From positions 80,600,001 through 80,664,000 of the forward strand of contig OZ024745.1 in assembly GCA_964016885.1 (NCBI GenBank): a stretch of DNA of 64,000 nt, in the 5' to 3' direction. This document shows, piece by piece, positions 1-13,625 of this stretch. Below the pieces are notes generated by a model, which was given only the letters and a program-made list of their open reading frames with translations, had not been told where the DNA came from and ran no database searches. This DNA is from Eledone cirrhosa. Lineage: Eukaryota. Positions within the stretch are counted from its first letter, which is position 1, and the number at the start of each line of letters is the position of its first letter. Made by a program: the position numbers and the translations under genes.

Positions 1-880
1 AAATTAATGTTACTGTATTCCTGTGAACCACGGTCAGTGATAATACTATCAACAAAGCTTTAGATGGTTGTTACACACAAATGCTAAGGAGTATAAAAAG
101 CATCAAACTTCTCTATTGTGTTACAAACAAAATTCTCTACAGCAACCTCCTGTCCATTAGCCATACTATCTGTATCAGGCATCTCTAACTTGCAGGTCAT
201 GTCATGAGAAGCAACAAACCTGCTACAAAACTTTTACTGTGGGAGCTCACTTATATTTATTATATATTTTGTTGAAGTTTTGACATTTCTATCTTAATAT
301 AAATAGAAGTCATTTTACAGTTTGGAATGACGTGTAAAATATAACTATCTAGAACCTTCATGTGTTGCAAGAGACCATAAATCTTCACCTGAAAAATTCC
401 TTTCCAAGGTGCAGGCTGAGGGAAAAAAATTGTGTGTAAGACGAGCACTCACCCATGCATGGTGTTGTTAGACATTGTCTAAAGGAGGGGTATTGATCAA
501 TACAGTCTCACACCAGTAGTGTTGCAGGCAAACTCAGAATACAAAGGACCAAAAAGGGACACTGCAAAGCAACATGTTTAGTGCTTGAACAATTCCACCA
601 ATCCTAGGACGTTATTCATTGATCTAGAAATGATGACGAGCAAAATTGACCCTGAAACAGTCTGCTACTTTGCCTTTCATCCTTTTTAGGTTGATTAATA
701 GAGTTGATCTCGACAGAAGAACTAACCTTTGTAATGACTTGGTACTTTATTGACCTAGAAAGGATGAAAGGCAAAGTTGACTTTGCCAGTATTCAATCTC
801 AGTACACAGAGTTGGAACAAAACTACGAGGCATTTAATCCAAATATTTAATTTTAGATTGATCAGTAATATATTTTGTGG

Positions 881-1064
881 GGCAGTGAATTGGCAGTATC
901 GGTAGAGGGTTGGATGCCATGCTTTCTAGCATAGTTACGTCCCTTTACAGTCTGAGTTCAAATCCTGTCGAGGTTAACTTTGCCTTTCCTCCTTACGGGG
1001 TTGATAAAATAAAGTACCAGTAATGTACTGGGTAATTGCTGGCCTTGTGCCTAAAGTAGAAACA
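881..1064 (+). mobile_element. tRNA-derived SINE (family A); related copies at about 660-850(-), 1585-1770(+), 2040-2250(+), 24410-24590(-), 24621-24803(-), 38783-38895(-), 53581-53740(+)
   Basis: A-box-like TTGGCAG and B-box-like GAGTTCAAATCC, followed by the shared core GAGGTYAACTTTGCCTTTCATCC..GGGGTYGATAAAATAAAGTACCAG seen in many copies. The 24621-24803 copy is a close reverse complement of this one. Confidence 0.8.
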
Positions 1065-4004
1065 TATTTTGTGGTGTTTGATATTTATTACAAGTGATCT
1101 TATAAATGTTATTCACTTGTAAAGTAAGTTTAATACAAAGCTACATTTATCTAGTATAAGGTGTAATTGAGTCTGGGGAATCTAGGTAAGTGAGGGTGGT
1201 GTGGATGTATGACTGAAGTAGAGGATAATAGTAACAAAGCTTTACTAGAATAAGGTCTTAGAAAATTGAGGTGACTGATGAAAGTATGGGGAATTTGTTG
1301 TATATTCTCTGCCCAATGTAGATGTAATGGTTGGGGGGTAATATAGAAATATTTCCTGACTTACATGATTTGTCAAGAGACGGTTGAAAAAAAAACCAAA
1401 CTCTAAAATGATGAAAAACGATGCTATTGATTTTCATTAATTGTATATCTTCAATTTTATTTTTATTGTAATGCTTGAGAATACTTGTAATTTGTGTTAA
1501 AATGATCAGTTCAGTAAAGGGTTGTCCAGTTGGTGCTGAGAAAAGAGTATTCAGATCCAGAGCTAATTTTGTTTGTGTTTAGGCAAGTGGATTGGCAAAA
1601 TATCAGACAAAATAATTTGTGATATTTATTAGTTCTGTGTTCAAATACCACCTAGGTCAACTTTTCCTTTTAACCTTCCCAGGTCACTAAAGATAAAATA
1701 TTGGGGATTGATATAATCAATTCTTCCCATCCCCACAAATTTCTGGCTTTTTGTCTCTGTTAGAAGAAATTATTATTTTTGTTTCATGTCTCTATATTTC
1801 TGTGGTTGCATGAGTGGAATAGGTTTTGAAGAAATTGTATTCATAGTTGGATCTTTTTCTGTTGTTATAAACACTTCTATTTGTGAAGTAGGAATTTAAA
1901 TTTGTTTGTCAGGCAGACTGAAGAAAGCAGAGTTATGTACATTGCTGAATGATATACATTGTGACTCTAATAAGATTTGACCTAATGGCCATATGGTTCA
2001 ACTACGATTGTTGTTAAGTTCGTTATTTCTAATATGGAAAGGGTGGTGGATTGGCAAAATCATTAGAGCATCAGATAAAATGCTATGCAGCATTTGTTCT
2101 GCTCTTTACGGTCTGAGTTTAAATCTTGCTGAGGCCAGCTTAGCCTTTCATCTTTTCAGGGTTGATAAAGTACCGGTCAAATACTGGAATCAATTTGATT
2201 TACTTTCCCCTCTTCACAAATTGCTAGCCTTGTGTCTAGATTAGAGATCAATATTTGTAATGATAGGGATATGCTAAATGTTGCATATATGCCTATATAT
2301 AATTAACGTTGTCATCATATCTGCTTTCTATGTTGACAGGCCATTATAGTCAAAGTTACTGCCTTCCTAGATAGGTCAGAGTATTGCAAACTTCGGCATT
2401 CTAAAAAAATGTTTTGCTAAAGAAATTTATCAATTTAAAGAGCATGTCCTTTAAACACTTATAGATTTGACAATTACAACACTCTACCATCTACCACAAC
2501 AACAACCGAAAATTAGTCGAACAAATGTTCCCTCACGATTAAGACTTTAACAATATTTCTGTCCAGAGACATTTGATAAATTTGTAGAGTAACTCTCATG
2601 AAGTAGATTTCATGTTGTATTGTAATTAATTCAGGCTCTAATTGATTATTATATATAATTTGTGTCCATTTAAAGGTTAAGTTACAGTATATTGTTTTTG
2701 TCCACTAACATCAGTTGGACAAGATCTTTTCTGGAAGGTTTTCTATGGTCAGATGCCCTTCTGGATAGCAACCTATACTTTATTCTAAGTGTAATATATG
2801 TCACTGTTGATTGTTATGCCACTCTGCTACTACTGGAGGTATTGTTTATGTGGTACATAAAGAAATCTCACTTTAGGCCTTATAAATGGTGTCAATACGA
2901 TATTGACAGTGACAGGCTTGAAAACTTGAACCTCATGAAAGAACTGAGCAGACAGGTAATATGCCATAATAGAAAAGATCTGCCTACAAGTACAAGCCCT
3001 GTGATACAGTAAAAGTGATGAGAGGCCAGAGGCTACAGTGTTTTGCAATTGAACAGAGACAGTGTGAGAGGAATTTTCAGTTTGGCCTAGTATGTAACAA
3101 CCTTCCTAGTGATTGTGCCATAATGAAATACACCCAGTCCATTCTGTAAGGTGGTTGGTATTAGGAATGGCATCTCACCATAGAAACTATACCAAATATG
3201 GATTGTATTAGCAAGATGAGGTCACTTCAACCCTTCTAGTCTCGAACTGTGACAACCCATGCCTACATGGAAAGAGGGCATAAAAAAACAATGATGTCTC
3301 TGGTGCCTCTAATCTGTACTGTTTTTATCTTTTTAATAAAATTAAAAGAATGTTCATTCTTTCTGAGGATGTGCGGCAGAATTGATGTATTTTTGTCAAG
3401 GTTAATATTATGGAGCTGTTATCAATTAGTCAATATATCAATAACATTTTTATTTATTTTGGTTTTTGAAATGTTAGTAAAACAATGGATTAATGAACTA
3501 TTGAACCTTGCCTTATTTGTTTCATTGTTCAACATATATACATATGAACTTCCTTACAGTTTCCACCTACTAAATTCATTCACAAAAGTATTGGCCAACC
3601 TCAGGTTAGAGTAAAAACCATGTGCTTTCAATGCAAACTTGTTAACCCCACAGACTTGTCTGATAATAAATTTTCTATATACCTTTTATATTGAGCATAT
3701 TTCATCAACAGTCATTTCTGACCAAGGTCAACTTTTCCTTTCATCCTTCCCCTGGGTCACTAAACAAAGTATTAATAAATAACAGATATTAAGAAAACCT
3801 CATTAAAATTTATTTCATCATCACATGTTGCTGTTAACAATATGCTCCATATTTAATCCGCTTTTTCTTATATAGCATCTCTCCAGAATAATTTACATTT
3901 TCCCTTCACACTCAACAAAACATCATCTGCCCTACATTCTTCCCATTTCAAGAGATATATTTCATACTCTCACACACACACATACATATATACATATATA
4001 TATA

Positions 4005-4670
4005 TATCATCATCGCCGTTTTACGTCCGTTCTTCCATGCTAGCATGGGTTAGACAGGTTGTCCTGTTGTGAGCAGTGTCTGGTTGGCTGACCATGCCTT
4101 GCTCATACAGGAACTTATTTTGGCTTGGTTTCTACAGCTGGATGCCCTTCCTAACACCAACCTCATTTACAGTGAGTGCTGGGTGCTTTTTTCCGTGGCG
4201 TCTACACATCCACTTTACAGTGTGGGCTGGGTGCTTTTTTGCTGTGGCATCTCCACGACAACTTTGCAGTGGGAGGGTGTGGGGCATATTGTCTATATGC
4301 TTCAGCTTGTACCCATGGGAGGTCGGGTACTCTGTATTATTGCGTGACGCCAGAGGTCACGGGTCATCGCCTTTGAGAGGTGTAATTGGGTAAGGTCGGC
4401 TTTTATCACCTCATCCCAGGTCTTCTTGGGTCTCCTCACTCCTCGGGTTCCATTGACTTCTAGTGCTTTGCACCTTTTGATGCAGCTGTCATCCTTCATA
4501 CACATCACATGTCCATACCAACACAACCGCCTCTCCTGCACACAGCATTTGATTCCTCTTATGTTCAGTCTCTCTCTCAATTCATTTATGCTTTGCCGTT
4601 CGCGTATATTACTATTACACATCCATCGGAGCATGCAGGCTTCGTTTCTTTCTAATCTACATAAGTCTTC
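4005..4670 (-). mobile_element. 3' fragment of RTE-clade LINE with (GAT)n tail
   Basis: ORF 4302-4673 ([30 protein letters not shown]) matches the C-terminus of the RTE at 32352-34823 and is followed by the same 3' tail module. Confidence 0.85.
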
Positions 4671-5984
4671 CATATATATATATATATATATAATGTATGT
4701 ATGTTTCCTTACAATCAGTTTATTTTACACCTACTTCTCAAATTATCATCCAACTCGAGTTGGGTGATAATTTGAGGCAGTGTTTTTACTGCCAGATACC
4801 CTTCTTGATGCTAACTCTTTTACTCGCCTCCTATGACACACACAACCTGTTCTAGCTTTTGGTTATTTAAGCTAAAGAAATCAAAATAAAATCTAAACTA
4901 TTATCTGTTTATGGTTTCATTTTCAAATCATTGTTTGTCATTGAACAGTCTATCCAATAAGTAACATGTTGAGTTGTAATTCTATTTTCAATTTGTTGAG
5001 TACATTTGAGTATCTTGATAATTGAAAATTACATAATCTTGTTGATAAAATGGTACTGAACAACTAGTTCATATCTTGTTACTAACACCACCTTAATTCT
5101 CAAATGTTTATTGTTTAGCTCTAGCTAGCTCTGATTCAGCAGAACTATGATAAAAGTCATTCCAGCTGCCCCCCCTCCTCCTTTAAAAAAAATATATCAG
5201 GAATCACATTGACCAATGTAACCCTTAATGAAGATGGTAGGCAGTGATTTGAGGGAAATTGAACTGCTAGAAATAGCAGTTCAAAAAATCATATAAAAGC
5301 TCCCACATTTACTCAAATAAGTACTACAGAGTAGAAGTAACTCACTGCTGTAGTCAGTGGCAGCACTGTCAAATTGATGAATGCTTTGTTAGCTTACAGT
5401 ATTGAATTTAATTTCTCTCATGGATATAACTTTGAGAGAGATAGGCCCTACCATGGCTGAATTACATAAATACAATCTTTAACTGTATTATTTATTACCG
5501 TTCTTCACCTGATAGTTACTTAGAACCATCACAAATTGCTTAAAAGTAGATCACAATTTTTGAAAGATTTGGCTAAATTATAAGGCCATCAAAGCTCCAA
5601 CATTGTCTCTTAGGAGATGGAGAAAAAACAGATTCAGGGAGTCCGACTTTGATGTCAACATGGTCACTCAATTCTCTAGAAATAGCAGCCAAATCCTCCT
5701 TGAATCAAACCTTATCTTAAAATCAAAGAACAACATATTAAAAAGTGTAACCTGCTTGACAGAAAACAGGATGATTATAGCTGAAATCTATTTTGATATG
5801 TCTGTTCAATCAGAGCTGAGCCACAGAGAAAAGATTTCTTTCTATTTATGTTTATAATTTTAAAATATCCCCCAATTTAATATTGGGTTAATCTGTAATG
5901 TTATTTATTTGTCATGTACTTAATAAATTGATAGATTAAATGAGAAATGCTTCCATATTAAATCTTTTCTGTTCTTTTTTGCAG

Positions 5985-7138
5985 GGCGAAGTCATCCTGT
6001 TCGTGCATCTTCTGCAACCATTGGACAAAACCAAGTACCAGTGTCTCCTATTCCACGGAAAGGTTTATCTCCAAGCAAGACAAGTCCATTGTATGCACAC
6101 ATGTCAAATAAAGCAAGCAGCCAAGGAAGTAAACAACCTAATACTTTGGAAGTGAATAAAATTGTATCAAATGATGTTGAGGAAGGAATAGACGCAGTTG
6201 CATTCCAGAGTTTGAATCAACCTTGTGACAACAAAAAAACACATCATTTAGGACAAAACACAAATTCCATGAATGTACAGGAGATTCCATTGGAGGATCT
6301 GTCTCGTAAAGGACGAAAGAGTAAATGTGAGGGTGAGCGGCGGTCATTTTCATTTGGAGGAAGTCATCGGACTGAACACAGCAGGAGTCACTCACACAGC
6401 CCTCGTAGAATACGAAGTGGTTCCAGCCCTGCTTCTTATTCTCCAGATCGTCGTAGCAGTCGTATTCGCTCGGTGTCATCGGACAAAAGTAAACATGATA
6501 GAAACAGTGATGGCCATTCCACAATCACACCTGGTTCTTGTTCTCAAAGTGGATCGCAATCTTCATCAGACAACAGTCCAGAATCTTCTAAAACATCTTT
6601 GAAAGATTTGGCTAAATTATTACAGTCTCCTAAAACTCTACGGCCAGCAGAAGCTCCAACAATGTCTCTCTTAGTAGACGGAGAAAGAACTGACCCTGGA
6701 AGTCCGACTTTACTACCTCCAATAGAGACACATATTGTGAAAGTGAAAGCAAGCAGCTATAATGGTGGCACCAGTGCTGGCAATTCTTCAACATCTGCAT
6801 CGGATGAAGACAATAGTGAAGAAGCTATACGTAGCCCAATTATTGTACCAATGCGAGGAGTTAGCTCTCCTGCAGTACAACTCACACGTTTGGCCCAGAT
6901 AGTACAACAGCACTATAAGTATGCTGATAACAACAACGAACAACATTCACAATTGGTGTTTTCTCCAGCTGAACCAGCTGCTGAAATTGGTCATCCAGTT
7001 GAAGCAGATGATGTTTTGGAACCTCCAATTAATGGTGTAGCAACAGCAGCTAGTGATGTCACAAAACACTCATCTCCAGCTAATAGTGTCCCATCAGCAC
7101 CATCTGCTGAGATCACGGAACAGTCCACTTTGGGATAA
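5985..7138 (+). CDS. Terminal coding exon of an unidentified gene (Ser/Pro/Arg-rich, probably disordered C-terminus)
   Basis: Polypyrimidine tract plus GCAG acceptor ending at 5984 (phase 1). The frame is open for about 380 codons to TAA at 7136-7138. The sequence is non-repetitive, and AATAAA lies at 7261. Confidence 0.85.
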
Positions 7139-7260
7139 AATGTTATTTATTGTTACCGATCTGTTTGTGTAGTTAAAAAAAAAAATATATATATATATAA
7201 TTGTAAATTTCCCTAACTTTTTGGACCATTTTAAAATCTAAGATAATTTAATTTGGAACA

Positions 7261-7266
7261 AATAAA
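7261..7266 (+). promoter_or_regulatory. Candidate polyadenylation signal for the + strand gene
   Basis: AATAAA about 120 nt after the stop codon; other AATAAA hexamers occur further downstream. Confidence 0.35.
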
Positions 7267-7686
7267 GTGTTATGCTAGAAGGCAGAAAAATCTGTTGATT
7301 AATTTAAAAGTTGTAAAATAATATATTAGTTATTACTAAAGAAAATGAAAAGATTGAAATCTTTATCCCCCAAACCCCTACACAAGATTTTTGCAGTACC
7401 TACCTGAATATCTGTTAATAAATTTTTATTTCTGCGCAATAAACTCTTGTTAAAATATTTTTTCACCTTTCTATTAGTATTGTTTATTTCTATAATAATA
7501 AAAATAAAGCCTTTGTGATAATTAAAAAAAATTGGATGTTTTAAAAATTTTTTCCACACTGGCTTGGATTGGCTGAGTCAGCTATACAAAATATTGATTT
7601 TTACATCACTTTTATTAGATGTTTAGCCATAACCAAATTATTTCAGTCGCTACCCCCCCCCCCACTAATTTCCATATGTTCTATAC

Positions 7687-7880
7687 TAGGGATCTCAAAT
7701 ATGCAGCCCACAGCAGAACAAATGAAAATTTGTCCCTTACATTTTGTACTAATTCACATATCCCACTTAACTATCCTATGTGTATTCATTTTTATTTTTT
7801 AAAAATACCAGCCTAACAGCTGTATTGCAGATTTGGAGGAAATCACACCTCATATCTCACTTTTGGTCCACTGTGCAATT
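7687..7880 (+). mobile_element. Non-autonomous hAT-like element fragment; related copies at about 29248-29530, 38988-39370, 54026-54248
   Basis: Copies share TGTATTGCAGATT..GGAAATCA internally and CAG(G)GGTCTCAAA/TTTGAGACCCCTG-type termini. Confidence 0.55.
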
Positions 7881-8084
7881 GACAAAGGGACTTCTAGAAC
7901 TAAGTGCAAAAGACCTCTTCTCATTCTGCAGATTCCCTTCTTTATCCAATTTGTAATCCTTTATGAAACGTTTTAATGTTTACATTCTTTTACAATTCTG
8001 CAACAGTATTCGCTGGTGTCAGTATCTGTTCATAAAAAAGATTCACTCCATCTTACAGTGACAAAACAAAACAAAACAATTTAT

Positions 8085-9086
8085 CCAACAGAAGGACCAA
8101 AGAAGCAATCAAGGAAATGAAGAATGGTAACGCAGTGGGATTGTCAGAGATAGTTGCTGAGATACATAGTGAATCAGGTAATATATGACCGGTGCAACAG
8201 TACAATCATAAATTGCTGCTTCTCTAGAAAGGAGCCAGTTATAGAGGAATAAAACTAATGGACTAAGTTAGGAAAGAGTCAAATTAGACAAGATGCAGTT
8301 TTATACCTGGGAAAATTACTACAGATTCCCTCTTCTATGTGAGGCAACTACAAGAGAAGTTTCTACCCAAGAATAAGCTGCTTTATAAAAGGCAGAGAAC
8401 CTGGATATATTATCTGGTGGTCCTTAAAAAAATTGGGTGAGAGCAGTACAAGCCATATACAGCGGGACTGTTAGTAAAAAGTGAGTTTAGTGAGTAATTC
8501 AATGTACAGATAGTTCATCCAGGTTTGGTTCTCAACCCACTGCTGTCTCCAGGCCATAACAGAAGAGTTTCAGACTGGCTGTCCATGGGAACTTCCCTAT
8601 GTGGATGATCTAGTTCTTATAGTTGAATCCATAAAAGAAATAGAGAATAAAGTTCTGACTATGGAAACAGAATTTGGAATCCAATAGGCTGAAAGTAAGC
8701 TTGGCCAATTCTAAATTGTTAGTAAGTAGGAAAGATAGGACCCTGATTCTCTTAGGGAAGTGGCCCTGCTCAATATGTAGAAAAATAGTAGACATAAACT
8801 CTATATGATGTACACAATGCAAATCTTAGATACATGAGAGTTGTGGAATAACTGGTAGACTAACAGGAAGGGAAGACTTTGTACGTAGATGCACAGGGGT
8901 AATCAACAGGAAGAAGTGCCAGTAAAGTACAGTGGAAGGAAGCTGCAGTTGTGGTAGACCAAGGAAGACTTAGGCGGAGATGGTGAGAGCTGATCTCAAA
9001 TTGTTGACACTCACAAAGGAGATGAAGGAATGCGATGAGTGGAGAGATGTTGCACTGAAAAGGACCCGTCCAACCCAGACGATGAT
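8085..9086 (+). pseudogene. Decayed RTE LINE reverse transcriptase remnant
   Basis: Frameshifted remnants of AITEEFQTGCPWEL.YVDDL and GKWPCSIC motifs, colinear with the RTE at 32-35 kb. Confidence 0.8.
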
Positions 9087-10059
9087 TATATAAATAAATG
9101 CATTCATGTGTAATATATATATGTAGAGACTTATAATATATAAATATCTGTAGATATATATCTAGATATTTCAAAAAATCTCTAACATTTATAGTAATAT
9201 AAACTTAGTATATATTTTTAGATATTCTCTGTGTAATATATATACTATCATGTAAAAAAAAACACCGTTTAAAGTAAAAAAAAAACCAAACATTTAATTT
9301 AGTAATTTGTTGATTAAAACATTCTATGCTTGAATTCTTGAGTTTCCTCTTGTCACTCAGGTCATCACAAGATTTCATTTTTCATTCATTTAAATAAATA
9401 ATAATAATCTTCCATATCAAACCTATATCCATTAAATAATGATGACTTTGTTTTACCACTATCTGTCTAGTTTCAGACTGATATTGTGATTCGTACTTTG
9501 TTGTCTGAAGATAGTATCTATCTGTGTATATTTACCAATGTACCTAACAGTCAAACAGACAGGTAGGTAGATAGACAGTTTGATGTTCTTTTTGTTCAAA
9601 GGTAGTGAGTGTATGTATGTATAAATATATGATGACACATGAAGAAATGAGAAAACTATGCCAAGAGCTCTTTTGTTTTATCACATCCCGTTTGCACAAA
9701 GTGGTTGTCATGTTTTATTATGATTAAGTGAGGTGGATGTTCTGAAAGTACAGAAGTTAGAATGAAAACCTGTTGGAGAAAGTTCAGGACCTATTACCTC
9801 TGCTGGATACACTGAGGATTTTAAAACTAGCACTTCATGGGAGCTACCATATGTTGCTGAATACATAGGAGAATGAGACAAAATTCCAAGCATGGAAGAA
9901 GAACCTAGAGTTGAAAGGCCTAATAAAGTTTTACGAAGGAAAGAGTTTATGAAGATGATATCGACAGAGGAGTGACTTTGTTCGATATGTCAGAATGGGT
10001 GGGCAAATTTTTTTATAAGGTGCACATAACGTAATGTATGGATGTACAAGAGATGTAAT

Positions 10060-10540
10060 GGGATTACAAGCAGGTTACAAGAGAAGACAAATTTTGTATG
10101 CCGGAGACGCACAGGATAAACAAGCAATAAGAAAATATGTGAAATCGATCCCTCGAGTTGCCAGGGAGGCTTTTGTTTCCTAGGTGACCAAATTAGCAGT
10201 GGGAGAGGATGTTTTGAAAATGTGAAGCACGTATGTTCCTATGGATGTGTGATGTTAGTATGCATGAACATGGTAGTATATGTGAATTAACAGAAAAAAA
10301 ACTTGGTATCAGAAGGATCTAATGTTGTGTGCAAGATAAGACTGTTACTGTGAATATGTGATGGATATAAAAGACAACAGCTGTATTAAAAAATGCAGAG
10401 AAATCTCAGTGAACGGGAATTGTGGAAGAGGTAGACCAAGGGAAAAATAGATAGGATGAAGTATTGTAGACCGACCTTAAGAAGTTGAACTTCATAGCAA
10501 AGTTGACAAAGGATCGTAAGTATTGGCGATATGCTGTAGT
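10060..10540 (+). pseudogene. Decayed RTE LINE 3' remnant
   Basis: Remnants of LGDQISSGRGC and CGRGRP motifs. Confidence 0.65.
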
Positions 10541-10708
10541 GGTTCTGATCCACCAGGGCTTCCGTACAGCGATACGGACAGTTCCGGAAATTACCGACGT
10601 CCGCATCTATTTCAAACAAAACAACGTCAATTACGTTGTTTCTTAAACACCCACATGGCTTTGTATCTATCTACTTAGATAGATGTATACAAACACGGCT
10701 ATATAGAT

Positions 10709-10970
10709 CAGCGTTTCTCAACCGGTGTTCCCCCCTGAACCTTAGGGTTCCCTGAGAAATAGTGATAAATGTTCTAATGCATTTTGAGTCATTTTTATTT
10801 AATTTTATATTCGTAATTTTGCTATACAAGTATGGTATATTGTTGGAAAATCTTTGGTTACTATAATAAGGCTCCAACTTCTAAAAGAGATAGATATTAA
10901 TAATTTTTATGCAGGGGTTTCCTGAGACATGAACACTATTTCAAGGGTTCCACAGGGGTACAAAACGTTT
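10709..10970. mobile_element. hAT-type MITE (degenerate right end)
   Basis: Starts CAGCGTTTCTCAACC and has repeated GGGTTCC subterminal motifs, in a TCTAGA-like context. Confidence 0.5.
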
Positions 10971-11024
10971 CTCTAGATAGATGTATCGTCATAGATATCG
11001 TTGTATATATACAACTTTCTAGAT

Positions 11025-11169
11025 CAGTCATGGGCAAAATGCGGCCTGTTTGCTTTCCGAATGGCACGCCTAATTTGAAAATTGCCTTTAATCTTTTTGT
11101 AGTGCGACCTCTCTTATGATGAGCCACATCTTATGCGGTCCACTGCTGGAAAGGGGTTGCCCATGCCTG
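11025..11169. mobile_element. hAT (Charlie/Buster-like) MITE with 8-bp TSD
   Basis: TIRs CAGTCATGGGCAA / TTGCCCATGCCTG, with a perfect TTCTAGAT duplication at 11017-11024 and 11170-11177. Confidence 0.85.
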
Positions 11170-11442
11170 TTCTAGATAGACAAATGGATAGATAGATGTA
11201 TATATACACGTTTAGATTTATACATACTAATACGTGTGCAAACATTTTCGCTGTAATAAAAATTAATACAATTTACAACTAATATTTTAAGCATGACATA
11301 ACGGTCCGATTCAATATGCAAATTTGACACATACAGTAATATTAAAATTTCAACTCAATTAGAGAACAATAATTGTATTAATAAAATTTAATACAATTTA
11401 TGATAAAAAAGAATTTAAGGATACAGTATTGATAGTTAAAAA

Positions 11443-11955
11443 TCACACTGGATATTTCTCAGATACTATACGTAAAAACACTGAGAACATTTCTAATTTT
11501 TTGATTTTGCATTCATTTTCTTTCCACAGGTCTCTGTGATAATTACACCAGTTAATTAGTGTTTTATTACATATTTTCAATTCGGACATTATTATGTGTC
11601 GGGGCATATTTACCGACCACATGTATGTCAGTTGAATTAAACATTGCATACTTAAATGTGACTTCCAAAACCACGAATCAGTCTTCACTGATTGGGACCA
11701 ATTACATTTGCTACACTTCCACCGAAAACCATCAACATGTAGAGTATATTTACTGAGAGATGCAGCTTCCTGGCACCGTGCACAATTCAATTCATTTCGA
11801 ATTAGACGTCGACGTGCTAACCACTTTATGCAATCCTGTTGATTTTCAATTTCAGGCCTTAACGAAAGCAAAGTCCACTTTTCATTTTCTATTTCAACAT
11901 GTGACAAAATTTCATCCTCTGGAACTATGATTGATTGGTTTTTCTTACGAGGCAT
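11443..11955 (-). mobile_element. Internally deleted Merlin/ISXO2 (IS1595-like) transposase ORF
   Basis: CxxC..DGFRWKCSKC..S..SWF..S.L Zn-ribbon and HTH-like N-terminus, joined directly to an F..FL...YP C-terminal tail. The DDE catalytic region is absent. Confidence 0.7.
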
Positions 11956-11994
11956 ACTTTCAAGGGATACTGACTAACGAGAAGTGAAGAATTT

Positions 11995-12105
11995 CCAAAT
12001 TTAAAATCATAGATTAAATCTAAATTTAAAATCGTAGATTAATTCTAAATTTAAAATCGTAGATTAAATCCAATTTTATAATCATAGATTAATTCCAATT
12101 TAAAA
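11995..12105. repeat. 25-bp tandem repeat, about 4.4 copies, just 5' of the transposase ORF
   Basis: CYAAATTTAAAATCRTAGATTAAWT repeated. Confidence 0.8.
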
Positions 12106-12699
12106 ACACGTGGGTTAATTGTTGTTGGAGTATATGGATTGCGCACGTGCAGAGAATTAATTCTGACTCGCCAGAATGTGAAGTTGAGTTTGGTGGACAT
12201 GTATTACATAAAAAAACACACACAAAAAAAAAAAACATTACAAATTTCTAATTCTGATTTTTTTCTACAGTATAGGTAACACCAACTTTAATGGTAGGCA
12301 AGAAATGAAAAGTGAATATTCCACGACTACAGCGACTATATGCTTTAGTTTCGTATCCACAAAGTACTTTCACATTGTGGAGAAAATAATTATGAAATAC
12401 ACTGAATGAAACACATTTTAATAAGTTATTTTATAAATTATTTTAACAATGTATATTAAAAATACACCACCATCACCATATTACGTTCGTTTTCCATTCG
12501 GGCATAGGTTGGATGGGTTGTCACATTATGAGACTAGGCAGGGTGGGTTATAGGGGGAAGGAGGTAGATTAATAAGCTTAGTGGATATATACATTTAAAC
12601 CTCCAGAGAGGGCTCTCAAGTCTGGCTAAGCATATGACAACCTCTCTAGTGTTGGTGCTACCACAAAATATACCCAGTACACTAATGTAATCTAGCAAT

Positions 12700-13625
12700 G
12701 CTGGTGTCACAATAAAATACTCACAGTATACTATAAAGTGGTAATGCTGGAGCCACAATAAAATACACCAAGTACACTCTACAAAGTGGTTATGCTGGAG
12801 CCACAATAAAATACACCTAGTACACTCTACAAAGTGGTTATGCTGGAGCCACAATAAAATACATCTAGTACACTCTACAAAGTGGTTATGCTCGAGCCAC
12901 AATAAAATACACCAAGTACTCCCTATAAAGTGATATTGCTGGAGCCACAATAAAATACAGTACACTATAAAGTGGTTGTGCTGGTGCCACAATAAAATAC
13001 ACCAAGTACACTCTATAAAGTGATAATGTTGGTGCCACAATAAAATACACTAAGTACACTCTATAAAGTGATAATACTGGTGCCACAATAAAATACACCA
13101 AGTACTCTCTATAAAGTGATAATGCTGGTGCCACAATAAAATACACCAAGTACACTCTATAAAGTGATAATACTGGTGCCACAATAAAATACACCAAGTA
13201 CTCTCAATAAAGTGATAATGCTGGTGCCACAATAAAATACACCAAGTACACTCTATAGTGATAATACTGGTTCCACAATAAAATACACCTAGTACACTCT
13301 ACAAAGTGATAATACTGGTGCCACAATAAAATACACCAAGTACTCTCTATAAAGTGATAATACTGGTGCCACAATAAAATACACCAAGTACACTCTATAG
13401 TGATAATACTGGTTCCACAATAAAATACACCTAGTACACTCTACAAAGTGATAATACTGGTGCCACAATAAAATACACCTAGTACACTCTACAAAGTGAT
13501 AATACTGGTGCCACAATAAAATACACCAAGTACACTCTATAAAGTGATAATACTGGTGCCACAATAAAATACACCAAGTACACTCTATAGTGATAATACT
13601 GGTGCCACAATAAAATACACCATGT
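12700..13625. repeat. About 48-bp minisatellite, about 19 copies
   Basis: Unit CTGGTGCCACAATAAAATACACCAAGTACACTCTATAAAGTGATAATA; the array grades into the common RTE-tail/SINE module at 13650-13800. Confidence 0.95.

Noticed and set aside
2465-2550. Possible alternative phase-1 terminal exon of the + strand gene (DLTITTLYHLPQQQPKISRTNVPSRLRL*)
   Set aside because: Weak acceptor, short, and no homology support.
12534-13564. Repetitive ORFs and CRISPR-like periodicity in the 48-bp array
   Set aside because: Units are fully tandem with no unique spacers, there are no cas genes and the context is eukaryotic; the ORFs are repeat artefacts.
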